NCBI GenBank assembly: GCA_963726935.1 | Contig: CAVSEH010000009.1 | Location: 65,156-129,155 of the forward strand | Source: an uncultured beta proteobacterium | GTDB taxonomy: Bacteria; Pseudomonadota; Gammaproteobacteria; Burkholderiales; Casimicrobiaceae | Direction: 5' to 3' | Length of the DNA: 64,000 nt | In this document: piece by piece, positions 19,622 to 31,076 of the stretch | Position numbering within the stretch: position 1 is the stretch's first letter | How the letters are laid out: every line of letters starts with the position of its first letter | Position numbers and translations under genes: made by a program | Notes under the pieces: generated by a model | The model's database searches: none | Seen by the model: only the letters and a program-made list of their open reading frames with translations | Told to the model about the DNA's origin: nothing

Positions 19622-19683
19622 GACGGTGATGTCAGGCGCATCACCGGCACCGACATTCTGATGCACTGCATCTACGTTCGGCT

Positions 19684-20355
19684 TTGAGTGCTCGCGTGGA
19701 ATCCCAGTCCGTCGCCTGTCCCGATTGCGATCTGCTGCAGCAAATTCCACCGCTCCCGCCGGGCGGGAAGGCGTCCTGTGTGCGCTGCGGCTGTTCGCTC
19801 GCCACGCGGCCCATGGGCCCCCGCGATCTGCCGCTGGTCCTGACCGTCACCGCCGCGATCGTCTATGTCATCGCCAACGCGTGGCCCTTGATGGATCTGT
19901 CCGCGGTCGGTCGCGATGCAAGCACGACGATTGCCGGAGGTGCGTACCAGATGTGGATGGATGGTCAGCAGATCATCGCCGTCCTCATCGCTTTTTGCGC
20001 AGTGATCGCTCCGGGAGCCTATCTTCTGCTGATGCTGACCTTGCAGCTTGCGGCACGGCTCACTCCTCCCCCGCATTGGGTTGCCGAGATGTTGCGCTGG
20101 GCTCACCACTTCGAGATGTGGTCGATGCTCGAAGTCATGATGCTCGGCATTCTCGTCGCGTTGATCAAGATCGCCGAGGTCGCCACGGTGCATGCCGGAA
20201 TTGCCATGTATGCCGTCGGCGCGCTGATGCTGCTCTTTCCCGGGATCATGGCGACCTTCGATGCGCGGGAACTCTGGCGCAGTGTCCCGTGGGTCCACGA
20301 CCCGACGCCAAGTCGGTCGCCGACGGGCGGCCGTGTCACGGAGCCTGGTCAATGA
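19684..20355 (+). CDS. pqiA: Paraquat-inducible protein A family membrane protein (first of two half-size PqiA genes)
   Basis: 223 aa. Zn-ribbon-like CPDCDLL...CVRCG, then TM segments typical of PqiA. The stop overlaps the next start. Confidence 0.8.
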   Translation: MSARVESQSVACPDCDLLQQIPPLPPGGKASCVRCGCSLATRPMGPRDLPLVLTVTAAIVYVIANAWPLMDLSAVGRDASTTIAGGAYQMWMDGQQIIAVLIAFCAVIAPGAYLLLMLTLQLAARLTPPPHWVAEMLRWAHHFEMWSMLEVMMLGILVALIKIAEVATVHAGIAMYAVGALMLLFPGIMATFDARELWRSVPWVHDPTPSRSPTGGRVTEPGQ

Positions 20356-20984
20356 AAACGGCCGCCGTGACCGCCGCACAGGTCGGGTTCCTCTCATGCG
20401 AGGCCTGTCAACTATTGTCGAAACCCGCCAGCACGACCGAGCCGGGGTTCTGTCCGCGCTGTGGCGAAAAGCTCGAATTCCGCCACCAAAGCTCGATCGA
20501 GACCACCTGGGCGCTGATCATTGCCGCGTCCGTGTGTTACATCCCTGCGAACGCCCTGCCGGTCATGAATACGACTACGTTCGGGACCACCGAGGGGGAC
20601 ACGATCCTTGGCGGGGTGGCGTTCCTCTATTCGTCGGGATCGTGGCCGCTGGCGTTGATCGTTCTGATTGCGAGCGTGATGATCCCGCTCGGCAAGCTGG
20701 CGGCCCTCGCCTACCTGCTGATCACCGTCCAGCGCGGCTCGGTCACCAGCAACCGCGAACGCACGCGACTCTACCGCATCGTGGTATTCATCGGTCGCTG
20801 GTCGATGCTCGATGTATTTGTCGCCACTTTTACCGTTGCCCTGGTGCAATTGCAGCCGCTGGTGTCCGTGACGCCAGGTGCGGGGGTGCTATTCTTCGCT
20901 GCCGTCGTGGTGCTGACCATGCTGGCGGCCGAAACCTTCGACCCCCGTTTGATATGGGACGCCACCAGCCCACACCAGAGCTAG
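20352..20984 (+). CDS. pqiA: Paraquat-inducible protein A family membrane protein (second half-size PqiA gene)
   Basis: ATG 20352 inside ORF 19725..20984. CEACQLL...CPRCGEKL motif followed by PqiA-type TM segments (YIPANALPVM, GRWSMLDVFV). Confidence 0.8.
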   Translation: MKTAAVTAAQVGFLSCEACQLLSKPASTTEPGFCPRCGEKLEFRHQSSIETTWALIIAASVCYIPANALPVMNTTTFGTTEGDTILGGVAFLYSSGSWPLALIVLIASVMIPLGKLAALAYLLITVQRGSVTSNRERTRLYRIVVFIGRWSMLDVFVATFTVALVQLQPLVSVTPGAGVLFFAAVVVLTMLAAETFDPRLIWDATSPHQS

Positions 20985-20986
20985 CA

Positions 20987-22666
20987 ATGGCTAACGAAAT
21001 CATTCCGGACCAGCTGCCGCAGGCCACCGTCGTACGCAAGAAGCGCCTGCGGATGTCGATCATCTGGTTGATTCCGCTGCTCGCGGCCGCGGTGGCCATC
21101 GGCATCGCGGTTCAGCGCGTGCGCAGCGAAGGCCCCACCATCACCATCGCCTTGAAGGAAGGCAACGGCATCGAACCCGGCAAGACGTTCATCAAATACA
21201 AGGATGTGCGGATCGGCGTGGTGACCGCCATGGAGCTTTCCGAGGATTTCGCCATCGTGCTGGTCAAGGCGAAGATCGCCAAGCACGCCGCCGGCCTGAT
21301 GGTCGAGGACGCCAAGTTCTGGGTCGTCGAGCCCCGTATTTCGCTGTCCGGCGTGTCGGGGCTCAACACGCTGTTGTCCGGCAACTACATCGAACTCCAG
21401 CCCGGCAAATCGACCGAGCCGCAAACCATTTTCGCCGGACTCGACGCGCCGCCATCGATCACCGACGAGCCCGGCCGGCGATTCGTGCTCAAGGCCTTGA
21501 CCCTGGGATCGCTGGGTGTCGGTACGCCTGTCTATTACCGACGCATCCAGGTCGGCCACGTGGCGGCCTACAGCATTGCCGCCGGCGGCAAGTCGGTTGA
21601 CGTCACGGTATTCGTCAGGGCCCCGTACGACAAGTACGTCACGACCGAGACGCGCTTCTGGGCCGCGAGCGGGATCAATGTCTCCGATCGGTGCAGACGG
21701 TCTGGAGAGTCCACACGGAGTCGCTCGCCGCGCTCATTGCCGGCGGCGTTGCCTTCGACACACCCGAATTCGCTCCGGCGGCAAATCCGGCCGCCGAGAA
21801 TGCCACGTTCACGCTCTATCGCGACCGCACCACGGCGATGAAGCAACCGGATCCGGTCGAACGACGCTACGTGCTCTATTTCAACGAGTCGGTCCGCGGA
21901 CTGTCGGTCGGGGCGCCGGTGACGTTGTTCGGCCTGCACGGTGGGCGAGGTCACGAACATCGGCTTGACCTTCGATCCTGCGACGTTGATCTTTCGTCCT
22001 CGCGTGCTTATCACCTTCTTTCCCGATCGGCTCATCGGCCAGATGTCCGCGCATCAGCAAGCCAGCACCGGCAAGATCATGACGGAGATGAACCCCGAAA
22101 CACGCCTGCGCATGCTGCGTCGCATCGTCGAGGAGCGGGGATTGCGGGCGCAGTTGCGGACCGGCAGCTTCATCACCGGTGAGCTGTACGTCGCATTCGA
22201 GTATTTTCCGAGCGCGCCGAAGCCGAAAATCGACTGGACGAAGGATCCGCTCGAGCTGCCCGTGGTTCCGGGCGGCCTCGCCACGCTGGAGGCGAAGCTC
22301 AGCAGCATCCTGACCAAGATCGACGCCATGCCGCTCGATGCGATCGCCGGCGACGTCAAGAATGCCCTCGCGACACTCAACCAGACGCTGAAGGACGCGG
22401 ACACTCTCGTGAACAGTGTCAATACGCAGTTGGTACCCGAGGGAACCAAGACCCTCGCCGATTTGCGCCAGGCGATTGCCAACGCCGATCGAACGCTGAA
22501 GAATGCGGACGCAACGCTCTTCAGCAAGGACTCGCCGGCGCCGCAGGACCTGCGCGACACATTGCAGGAAGTGACCCGTGCCGCGCGCTCGGTGCGTGTC
22601 CTCGTCGACTATCTCGAACGTCACCCGGAAATATTGCTCCGGGGCAAACCGACGGAGAAACCTTGA
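20987..22666 (+). pseudogene. pqiB: PqiB (multi-MCE-domain intermembrane transport protein) with three +1 frame switches
   Basis: ATG 20987, frame 2 (N-terminal TM and MCE domains). IGADGLE is readable only in frame 3 (about 21683-21706). VHTESLAALIAGGVAFDTPE...GAPVTLFGL is in frame 1 (to about 21937). TVGEVTNIGLTFDP through to the C-terminus is back in frame 2 (ORF 21941..22666). Confidence 0.8.
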
Positions 22667-23253
22667 TGCTGCGCATCGGACCCATCGTCACGCTGTGCGT
22701 CGTTGCGGTGCTCGCCGCCGGATGCGCATCACAGCCGTCGCATTTCTACACGTTGAGTCGCACCGCGACACCCGTCGCGACGACATCGAACCTGAGCGTG
22801 GTGGTCGGCCCGGTTTCGATACCGGCAATCGTCGATCTGCCGCAGATCGTCGTGAGTACGGGCCCGAACCAGGTAACGTTGAACGAATACGAGCGATGGG
22901 CGTCCCCGCTGCAGAACAACATATCGCGCGTCGTCGCCGAGAATCTCGTCGCGTTGCTCGGAACACCTCGCGTGTCGCTGTTTCAGCAATCGTTGAATGC
23001 AACCGCGGATTACCACGTCGCGATCGAAGTACAGAGCTTCGAGTCGGCGCCGGGCGAGGCTGCGACGCTCAATGCCGTGTGGATCGTACGCCGGACCAAA
23101 GACGGCAAGTCGGAGACGGGACGCACGACCGTGCGCGAGCCGACAACGCAGGGCGGCTACGACGCGCTCGCCGCCGCGCACAGCCGCGCGCTCGCGCGCA
23201 TGAGCCAGGACATCGCCGACGCGATACGAGCTCTCAATCGCCCAGCCCCGTAG
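22666..23253 (+). CDS. pqiC: PqiC-like (DUF330) ABC-type transport auxiliary lipoprotein
   Basis: Lipobox LAAGCAS. YTLS motif just after the signal peptide. Its start overlaps the pqiB stop. Confidence 0.8.
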   Translation: MLRIGPIVTLCVVAVLAAGCASQPSHFYTLSRTATPVATTSNLSVVVGPVSIPAIVDLPQIVVSTGPNQVTLNEYERWASPLQNNISRVVAENLVALLGTPRVSLFQQSLNATADYHVAIEVQSFESAPGEAATLNAVWIVRRTKDGKSETGRTTVREPTTQGGYDALAAAHSRALARMSQDIADAIRALNRPAP

Positions 23254-23261
23254 AGTCGCCT

Positions 23262-24029
23262 ATGTACAATTTGATGAACTATCCCGTCATCGTTTTCGTC
23301 CTTACCTTCGTTTTGATGTGGGTCGCAGCGCTGATCGGAGCCCGAATTCAGCGCAAGCGACGGCTTATCGACGAAGGTGCGCGCGAAGATTTCGGCGTTG
23401 TCCTTGCCGCGACCCTGACGCTGCTCGGCCTCATCATCGGCTTCAGCTTTTCGATGGCGATCAGCCGCTACGACCAACGCAAGAACCTCGAGGAGGCCGA
23501 AGCCAACGCGATCGGGACCGCGTTCGTGCGCGCCGATCTGCTTCCTGCGCCGGATGCCGCGAAAGTGCGCAGCTTGCTGCAGACGTATCTCGACCAGCGC
23601 GTATTGTTCTATACGTCGAGAGACGCCGAGGAACTACGGTCGATCAATGCGAAGATCGCGCGACTTCAGACCGACCTGTGGTCGGCCGTCAAGAGCCCCG
23701 CCATTGCGCAACCCTCGGCCGTGGTTGCCCTGGCAATCTCTGGCATGAACGACGTCCTGAATTCCCAGGGATACACACAGGCCGCGTGGTGGAACCGGAT
23801 TCCGCACGCCGCGTGGGGGCTGATGGGAGCGATAGCGATCTGCTGCAATCTGCTGATCGGCTATGGCGCGCGCGATGCCAAGGCGGAGTCCCGGCTGCTG
23901 CTGGTGCTGCCGCTCGTCACCGCGCTATCGTTCTTTCTGATCGCCGATATCGACAGCCCACGCGGCGGTGTTATCCGAGTCGCGCCGCAGAACCTCCTGA
24001 GCCTGGAAGCATCCCTGCGCGGTCAGTAG
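23262..24029 (+). CDS. DUF4239-type membrane protein
   Basis: ATG 23262 inside ORF 22578..24029. 255 aa with N- and C-terminal TM segments and a central helical region (RYDQRKNLEEAEANAIGTAF). It follows pqiC after 8 bp. Confidence 0.65.
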   Translation: MYNLMNYPVIVFVLTFVLMWVAALIGARIQRKRRLIDEGAREDFGVVLAATLTLLGLIIGFSFSMAISRYDQRKNLEEAEANAIGTAFVRADLLPAPDAAKVRSLLQTYLDQRVLFYTSRDAEELRSINAKIARLQTDLWSAVKSPAIAQPSAVVALAISGMNDVLNSQGYTQAAWWNRIPHAAWGLMGAIAICCNLLIGYGARDAKAESRLLLVLPLVTALSFFLIADIDSPRGGVIRVAPQNLLSLEASLRGQ

Positions 24030-24069
24030 CGCGGTGGATGTCCGCCGCGGCGGCTCTCGACGGCGGGGC

Positions 24070-25248
24070 CTACCCGCGCAGTCGGGCCAAGCCCGCGGTG
24101 AGGTCCTCGAGCAGATCGTCGGGATCTTCGAGCCCGACGTGCAGACGCAGGCACGGCCCTTGAGTCTCCCATCGCGTCGCTGTACGGGTGCGCTCCGGAT
24201 ACGTGGGCAGGATGAGGCTCTCGAAACCACCCCAGCTGAAGCCCATCCGGAACAGGCGCATGCCATCGAGCATGGCATCGATGCGGTCCTTGGCGACCGG
24301 TTTGAGCACCACACCGAATAATCCGCACGCGCCGGTGAAATCGCGCTGCCAGAGTTCGTGACCACGAGACCCGGGGAGCGCCGGAAAAATCACTTCCGCG
24401 ACTTCGGGTTGCTCACGCAGCCACTGTGCAATGCGCAAAGCGCTGGCGGTGTGCCGTTGCAGGCGCACTGCGAGGGTGCGCAGACCGCGTAGCGCGAGGA
24501 AGCAGTCGTCGCCGCTGGCGGTGACACCCATGTCGGTGAACACACGATGCATGCGCGGGAAAGTCGCTTCGCTGCAGCTGATCAGTCCGATCAGGACGTC
24601 GGAGTGACCGCCGAGGTACTTGGTCCCCGCGTGCACCGCCACATCGACACCACGCGCGAAGGACGGAAAACCGAGTGGCGTGGCCCACGTATTGTCGAGC
24701 ATGACCAACGCTCCGCGTTCGTGCGCGGCTTCGGCGATCGCGGGGATGTCCTGCACTTCGAAGGAAAGCGAACCGGGCGATTCGGTGAACACGACCTTGG
24801 TGTTGTGGCGAAACTCGCGGCCGATGTTGTCGGCAATCAGCGGATCGTAGTAGCTCACCGCCACACCCAGGTTCTTGAGTTGATTCTCGCAGAAGCGGCG
24901 CGTGGGTCCGTAGACAGAATCCGTGACCAGCACGTGATCGCCGGCGCGCAGCGTGCCCAGCAGCGCGAGCGTGATCGCGGCGAGCCCGGACGGTACCGCC
25001 AACGCGGCGTAGCCGCCCTCGAGCGCCGCGAATGCGGACTGCAGATCCGTCACGGTCGGCATGCCGTGCAGGCCGTAGACGACGCCCGGATACTGGCCGT
25101 GCACCGCGGATTCGAGTTCGGCGACGGTGTCGAACAGTATCGTGGATGCTCGATAGATCGGCGTGTTGACCGCGCCGAGGTACTTCTTCGGATCGCGACC
25201 CAGATGCGCGACTGCGGTTGCCGGCCGCCATTTGCGATCCTTGCTCAT
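24070..25248 (-). CDS. metC: Cystathionine beta-lyase
   Basis: 392 aa. PLP-enzyme motifs including HAGTKYLGGHSDVL (PLP lysine context). Overall MetC-like N-terminus (TAVAHLGRDP...VNTPIYRASTILF). Confidence 0.85.
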   Translation of the reverse strand: MSKDRKWRPATAVAHLGRDPKKYLGAVNTPIYRASTILFDTVAELESAVHGQYPGVVYGLHGMPTVTDLQSAFAALEGGYAALAVPSGLAAITLALLGTLRAGDHVLVTDSVYGPTRRFCENQLKNLGVAVSYYDPLIADNIGREFRHNTKVVFTESPGSLSFEVQDIPAIAEAAHERGALVMLDNTWATPLGFPSFARGVDVAVHAGTKYLGGHSDVLIGLISCSEATFPRMHRVFTDMGVTASGDDCFLALRGLRTLAVRLQRHTASALRIAQWLREQPEVAEVIFPALPGSRGHELWQRDFTGACGLFGVVLKPVAKDRIDAMLDGMRLFRMGFSWGGFESLILPTYPERTRTATRWETQGPCLRLHVGLEDPDDLLEDLTAGLARLRG

Positions 25249-25276
25249 TTCGCGCCTTGGGGCGGCCCGACGACGC

Positions 25277-25762
25277 TCATGCCGTCGCGCGCAGTCCGGA
25301 AGCGATTTGCGCCACCTGGTCGGCGATGCTTTGCCGGATATCGACGACGATGGCCGCAGCGGGCTCCTCCAGCGCTGCGAATTGGCTCGCCAGCAGCGAT
25401 GGCGGCATGAAATGTCCGCGGCGGGATGCCAGCCTCGGCTCGATCGTCGCCACGTCGCCCTTGAGATAAACCCACTTCACGTCTCCGGCCATCGACAGGC
25501 GATCGCGATAGGCCTGGCGCAGCGCCGAACAGGCGAGGATCGCGTGCCGCCCGCCCGCATGCAAGGCGCGTAACTCGCGATTCAATCGATCCAGCCATGG
25601 CCAGCGGTCGTCGTCGGTCAATGCCACGCCCGCTGCCATTTTCGCGACGTTGCTCTCCGGATGGTATTCGTCCGCATCGAGGAACGACCCACCCGAGCTC
25701 GTTGGCCAGTGCGCGGCCGATGGTGGTCTTGCCGCAACCGCACACGCCCATGATGACGACGG

Positions 25763-25766
<4 letters not shown>
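25277..25766 (-). pseudogene. gntK: Gluconokinase with one frame switch
   Basis: The N-terminus MTVVIMGVCGCGKTTIGRALANELGW (P-loop) is in one frame. The rest, from (S)FLDADEYHPESNVAKMAAGVALTDDDRWPWL (ORF 25277..25639), is in another. The switch is at a GGG (coding strand) at 25688-25690. Confidence 0.8.
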
Positions 25767-26686
<920 letters not shown>

Positions 26687-26736
26687 TTCTGCCCGATCGT
26701 CAATCGGGCGATGCTACACAACCGCGGCCGACGGCG

Positions 26737-27613
26737 CTACGTCTGCGGCCCCCGCAAGGTAGCCCACAAGGCGGCGCCAACGATGAGTGCGCCCCCGGTC
26801 AGTGTCGCCATGTTCGGCCGTTCCCCCAGCAACAGTACGGCCAGTGCAATCCCGTAGACAGGTTCCATCGTCGCGACGACGCTCGCGGTGTGCGCTGACA
26901 GCACGCGCAGGCTGCGGATGAACAAGGTGTGCGCGAGTGCGGTGCAGATCACCCCGAGCACCAGAATGAGACCGAGGTCGCGCGGCGACGGCGGCGTCGG
27001 CACGAGCAGCAGCGTCGGCAGCAGGCAAATCGCGGCACAGGCGTTTTGCCAGAAGGCGATCTCACCCGCGTCCCGCTCGGGACATGAGCGCGCGATTGCA
27101 CACTGCAAGCAGCGCGAACGTCGCCCCCGCGAGCGCTCCCCAAAGAACACCTTGCATCACGCTGTTCGAAAGGCGGAATTCGGGCACGATCAACACAAGG
27201 CCCAGCGTGGTGAGCCCTACAAGGAACCACTCACTGAATCGCGTCGGGCGCCGCAGGAACATCCATTCGAGCATCAGCACGAACGCCGGAAAAGTCGCGA
27301 AGCCCAGGAGCCCGATCGCAACGCCTGCCGTCTGGATCGCCTGGAAAAATGCGAGCCAGTGCACTGCCAGCAATGCACCGTTCAGGCCGAGGCGCCAATC
27401 CAGGCTACCGCGAAACTGCCGCCGCAACGCGAGAGTCGTACCGAGCGCAACGGCGGCGACAACAGTCCGGCCGAGTACGATCGCCGAGGGAGGCAGATCG
27501 ATCCACTTGCCGAACAGCCCGGCGAAACCGAACAGCACCACCGCCGCGTGCAACGAGACGAGTGCCGATGCTCGGGAATGCGGCGACTGCGCGGTGTGTA
27601 GTCCGTCGGTCAT
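26737..27613 (-). pseudogene. EamA/DMT-family transporter with one frame switch
   Basis: The N-terminal half is ORF 27062..27613 and the C-terminal half is ORF 26737..27150. The junction ...NRALMS|ERDAGEIAFWQNA lies at a CCC (coding strand) at 27079-27081. Confidence 0.75.
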
Positions 27614-27721
27614 GCTGCCGATTGTGCCACTCCCGGTCGCGTAGCAGTCCGTGGCGCCGGGTTACAATCCCTCCTCGCCCGCCGGCACGCCGGCGCGTAG
27701 CGAGCCTGGGGGAACAACTAC

Positions 27722-29095
27722 ATGCCGAAGAACGTCACCGCGAAGAAGGTACTGGACGCCGTCCGCAACGAACCTGGCCAGCGCGTCAAGGTTGCGGTAT
27801 CCGACATCGATGGCGTGCTACGCGGCAAGTACCTGCACAAGGACAAATTCTTCTCTGCCGCAGAGGGTGGTTTCGGCTTCTGCGACGTCGTGTTCGGCTG
27901 GGACATGGGCGACCAGTGCTACGACAACACCACGGTCACCGGCTGGCACAAGGGCTTCCCAGACGCGCTGGCGCGTATCGACCTGGGTACGCACCGCAAC
28001 GTGCCGTGGGACGACGGCGTGCCGTTCTTCCTCGGCGACTTCGTGACACAGAAGAACGGCAAGGAAGTGCCGCATCCCGTGTGTCCGCGGCAGACGCTAA
28101 AGCGGGTGCTCAAACGTGCCGAGAAGCTCGGCGTGTCACCGATGTGCGGAATCGAATTCGAGTGGTTCAACTTCGCCGAGACGCCGCAGTCGTGGGCCGA
28201 CAAGGGCTACGTACGGCCGGATCCGATCACGCCCGGCATGTTCGGATATTCGTTGCTGCGCGCCAATGAGAATCGCGAATTCTTCAAGGCGCTGATGGTC
28301 GAAATGCTCGCCTTCGACATCCCGATCGAAGGCCTGCACACGGAAACAGGACCCGGCGTATACGAAGTCGCCATTCAGTTTTCCGAGGCCCTCGAGGCAG
28401 CCGACCGCGCGGTACTGTTCAAGACAGGGGCGAAGGAAATCGGCTCGCGCTTCGGCATCATGCCCAGTTTCATGGCCAAGTGGAACGCCCAATACCCGGG
28501 CTGCTCCGGACACATCCACCAGTCGCTGTCCGACGGCAAGAAGAACGTGTTCTACGATGCGAACAACAAGAACCAGATGAGCAAGGTCTTCGAGAGCTAC
28601 CTGGCCGGACAGATCGCGTGCCTGCTCGAATTTGCGCCGATGTTCTGGCCGACGATCAACAGCTACAAGCGCCTGGTCGACGGCTTCTGGGCGCCCGTCA
28701 AGCCGACGTGGGGCCTCGACAATCGCACGGCGAGTTTCCGGGTGATTGCAGGCTCGCCCAAGGCGACGCGGCTGGAGACGCGCTGTCCGGGCGCCGACAT
28801 GAACCCCTATCTCGGCGCCGCGGCGTGCATCGCGGCCGGACTGCACGGCATCGAAAAGAATCTCAAGCTGACCGCCAAACCAATCCACGGCACCAACCTC
28901 GGCGCCGAGGATGTTCCGCGCGCGCCGCGGACGCTGATCGAGACGACGCGTAATTTCCAGCACTCGACCATTGCGCGTGATTGGTTCGGCGACGAATTCG
29001 TCGATCATTTCGCCGCAACCCGCGAGTGGGAATGGCGTCAATGGCTCGACGGCGTCACCGACTGGGAATTGAAGCGTTATTTTGAAATCATCTAG
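27722..29095 (+). CDS. Glutamine-synthetase-family gamma-glutamyl-amine ligase (PuuA/IpuC-like)
   Basis: 457 aa. GS catalytic-domain motifs (GIEFEWF, HTETGPGVYEV, PSFMAKW, GCSGHIHQSL, NSYKRLV, RTASFRV). Confidence 0.85.
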   Translation: MPKNVTAKKVLDAVRNEPGQRVKVAVSDIDGVLRGKYLHKDKFFSAAEGGFGFCDVVFGWDMGDQCYDNTTVTGWHKGFPDALARIDLGTHRNVPWDDGVPFFLGDFVTQKNGKEVPHPVCPRQTLKRVLKRAEKLGVSPMCGIEFEWFNFAETPQSWADKGYVRPDPITPGMFGYSLLRANENREFFKALMVEMLAFDIPIEGLHTETGPGVYEVAIQFSEALEAADRAVLFKTGAKEIGSRFGIMPSFMAKWNAQYPGCSGHIHQSLSDGKKNVFYDANNKNQMSKVFESYLAGQIACLLEFAPMFWPTINSYKRLVDGFWAPVKPTWGLDNRTASFRVIAGSPKATRLETRCPGADMNPYLGAAACIAAGLHGIEKNLKLTAKPIHGTNLGAEDVPRAPRTLIETTRNFQHSTIARDWFGDEFVDHFAATREWEWRQWLDGVTDWELKRYFEII

Positions 29096-29107
29096 ACGTC
29101 GCCACGA

Positions 29108-30268
29108 ATGACCATTCACCGATTCGCGTTTCCCACCACCATCTTGTTCGGCCCCGGCGCACGCAAAGAGGTCGCCGGGCATCTCAAGGAACAGGGTGTC
29201 CAACGCCCGCTGATCGTCACCGATCGTGGTATCGCACCGCTGCCGATGCTGAAATCGTTCGTCGCGGATCTGCCGGGCCTCGACGTCGCCGTGTATTCCG
29301 ATATCTGGGGGAATCCAGTCGCCAGCCAGGTGATGCGCGGCGCAATCGCGTTCAGGGATCATCGCGCCGATGCGGTGATCGGCCTTGGTGGCGGCGCAGC
29401 CCTCGACGTCGCCAAAGCCGTCGCGCTCATGGCCACGCACGATGGTAGCGTTCTCGAATATGCCTGGGACCATCCGCAGGTGCGCGCGATCGAGCATCCG
29501 CTGCCCTACTTTGTCGCCCTGCCGACGACGTCGGGGACGGGATCCGAAGTCGGCCGCTCCAGCGTAGTGTCGGACGACGCCACGCATATCAAGAAGATCA
29601 TCTTCTCTCCCAAATTGCTCGCGCGCGCGGTGTTCGCGGATCCCGAGCTCACGCTCGACCTGCCGGCCCACATCACGGCCGCGACGGGCATGGATGCGCT
29701 CACGCACAACGTCGAGTCCTATCTTTCGCCGGCGTATCACCCCCTCTGCGATGGCATCGCCCTGGAGGGAACACGCATCGCGGCCAGGTCGCTGCGCGTC
29801 GCCGTGCGCGAGCCGCACAATCTCGCCGCGCGCTCGGACATGATGATGAGTTCCATGATGGGCGCGATCGCGTTCCAGAAGGATCTGGGTGCCGTCCACT
29901 CGTGCGCGCATGCCCTCTCGACCGTGGCGGATCTGCACCACGGGCTGGCCAACGGCATCATGATCGACCACGTCATGCGCTTCAACCTGCCGGCCGCAAC
30001 CGACAAGATGGCCGAACTGGCGCATGTCGTCGGCATTCAGTCGGCGTCGAAGGAGGCTGCCGCGCTCGCATTCGTCGATTGGCTGGTCGGGCTGAAGCGC
30101 GAACTGGCGATTCCGCAGACACTCGCGGTTTATCAAGCCAAGCGGGCGGTGACGCGTGCCGACATTCCGGCGCTGGTCGAGGTCGCCATCAACGACATCT
30201 GCCACCAGACCAACCCGCGACCCTGCACAAGAGCGGATTTCGAGCGCATTTTCGCCGCAGCGATCTGA
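29108..30268 (+). CDS. Iron-containing (group III) alcohol dehydrogenase
   Basis: 386 aa. GGGAALDVAKAV, PTTSGTGSEV, and the His-rich metal site (HSCAHALS...HHGLANG). Confidence 0.85.
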   Translation: MTIHRFAFPTTILFGPGARKEVAGHLKEQGVQRPLIVTDRGIAPLPMLKSFVADLPGLDVAVYSDIWGNPVASQVMRGAIAFRDHRADAVIGLGGGAALDVAKAVALMATHDGSVLEYAWDHPQVRAIEHPLPYFVALPTTSGTGSEVGRSSVVSDDATHIKKIIFSPKLLARAVFADPELTLDLPAHITAATGMDALTHNVESYLSPAYHPLCDGIALEGTRIAARSLRVAVREPHNLAARSDMMMSSMMGAIAFQKDLGAVHSCAHALSTVADLHHGLANGIMIDHVMRFNLPAATDKMAELAHVVGIQSASKEAAALAFVDWLVGLKRELAIPQTLAVYQAKRAVTRADIPALVEVAINDICHQTNPRPCTRADFERIFAAAI

Positions 30269-30299
30269 ACCGACGCGGATCTTTGGTCGTGCCTTGTCC

Positions 30300-31064
30300 A
30301 TGTTGAAAATCGGCATCTCCGCGTGTTTTTTCCATGCCGACCCGCGACGCGCGATTTTCAAGGGCATGACGCTGCAGTACATCGAGCAGAACATGGCGCA
30401 CTGGGTAATGCAAAAGGACGCCATGGCACTGATGATCCCCTCGCCTGACGGTGGCACGCGACGACAGGAAAGCCGCGTCGGCGTGGCCGACTACGCGGAG
30501 GAGCTCGACGGGTTGGTGCTCATGGGCGGCTCCGATGTGTGTCCGGAGAGCTACGGCGAACAGGCGCTTCGTCCCGAATGGAACGGCGACCGCATCCGCG
30601 ACGACTACGAGATCGCCCTCTTGCGCGCGTTCATGAATGCGGGCAAGCCGGTACTCGGCGTGTGCCGCGGTGCCCAGGTCATCAACGTAGCGTTCGGCGG
30701 CACGCTCTATCAGGATCTCGCGACGCAACTGCCGGGAGCGCTGAACCATCGGGATTGGGACATCTACGCCGACAACGCCCACGCCACGTCGATCGTCGCC
30801 GGATCCGGGCTCGCCCGACTGTACCCCGGCATGTCTTTGACCAAGACCAACTCGGTGCATCACCAGGCCGCCAAGGACGTCGGTCGGGATCTCATTGTCG
30901 AGGCTTGGTCGGAACCGGACCGCGTCGTCGAAGCGCTGCGCTGGACCGGGCCCTCGTACGTCTTCGGTGTGCAATGGCATCCCGAATTTCACACGCACGG
31001 CGCACCGTCGTTCATCGACGATACGCCGATCCTCGACGATTTCCTGGCCCGCGCCAGCCATTGA
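30300..31064 (+). CDS. Gamma-glutamyl-amide hydrolase (class I glutamine amidotransferase-like, peptidase C26; PuuD/IpuF-like)
   Basis: ATG 30300 inside ORF 30156..31064. Nucleophile elbow GVCRGAQVIN, and HHQA / VQWHPEF motifs. Confidence 0.85.
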   Translation: MLKIGISACFFHADPRRAIFKGMTLQYIEQNMAHWVMQKDAMALMIPSPDGGTRRQESRVGVADYAEELDGLVLMGGSDVCPESYGEQALRPEWNGDRIRDDYEIALLRAFMNAGKPVLGVCRGAQVINVAFGGTLYQDLATQLPGALNHRDWDIYADNAHATSIVAGSGLARLYPGMSLTKTNSVHHQAAKDVGRDLIVEAWSEPDRVVEALRWTGPSYVFGVQWHPEFHTHGAPSFIDDTPILDDFLARASH

Positions 31065-31076
31065 AGGCGACACATC

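Noticed and set aside
24042-24053. A perfect 12-nt palindrome, CCGCCGCGGCGG, between DUF4239 and metC. A similar one, GCTGCGCGCAGC, lies near 3283-3294.
   Set aside because: Short all-GC palindromes are expected by chance in DNA this GC-rich. There is no loop and no U-tract, so they are not convincing as terminators or operators.
28136-30457. A 773-aa minus-strand ORF overlapping the GS-like ligase, the alcohol dehydrogenase and the start of the C26 hydrolase.
   Set aside because: It spans two independent, well-supported plus-strand genes and their intergenic gap, and has low-complexity Arg/Asp/Gly-rich content. It is a GC-driven stop-codon-poor antisense frame.
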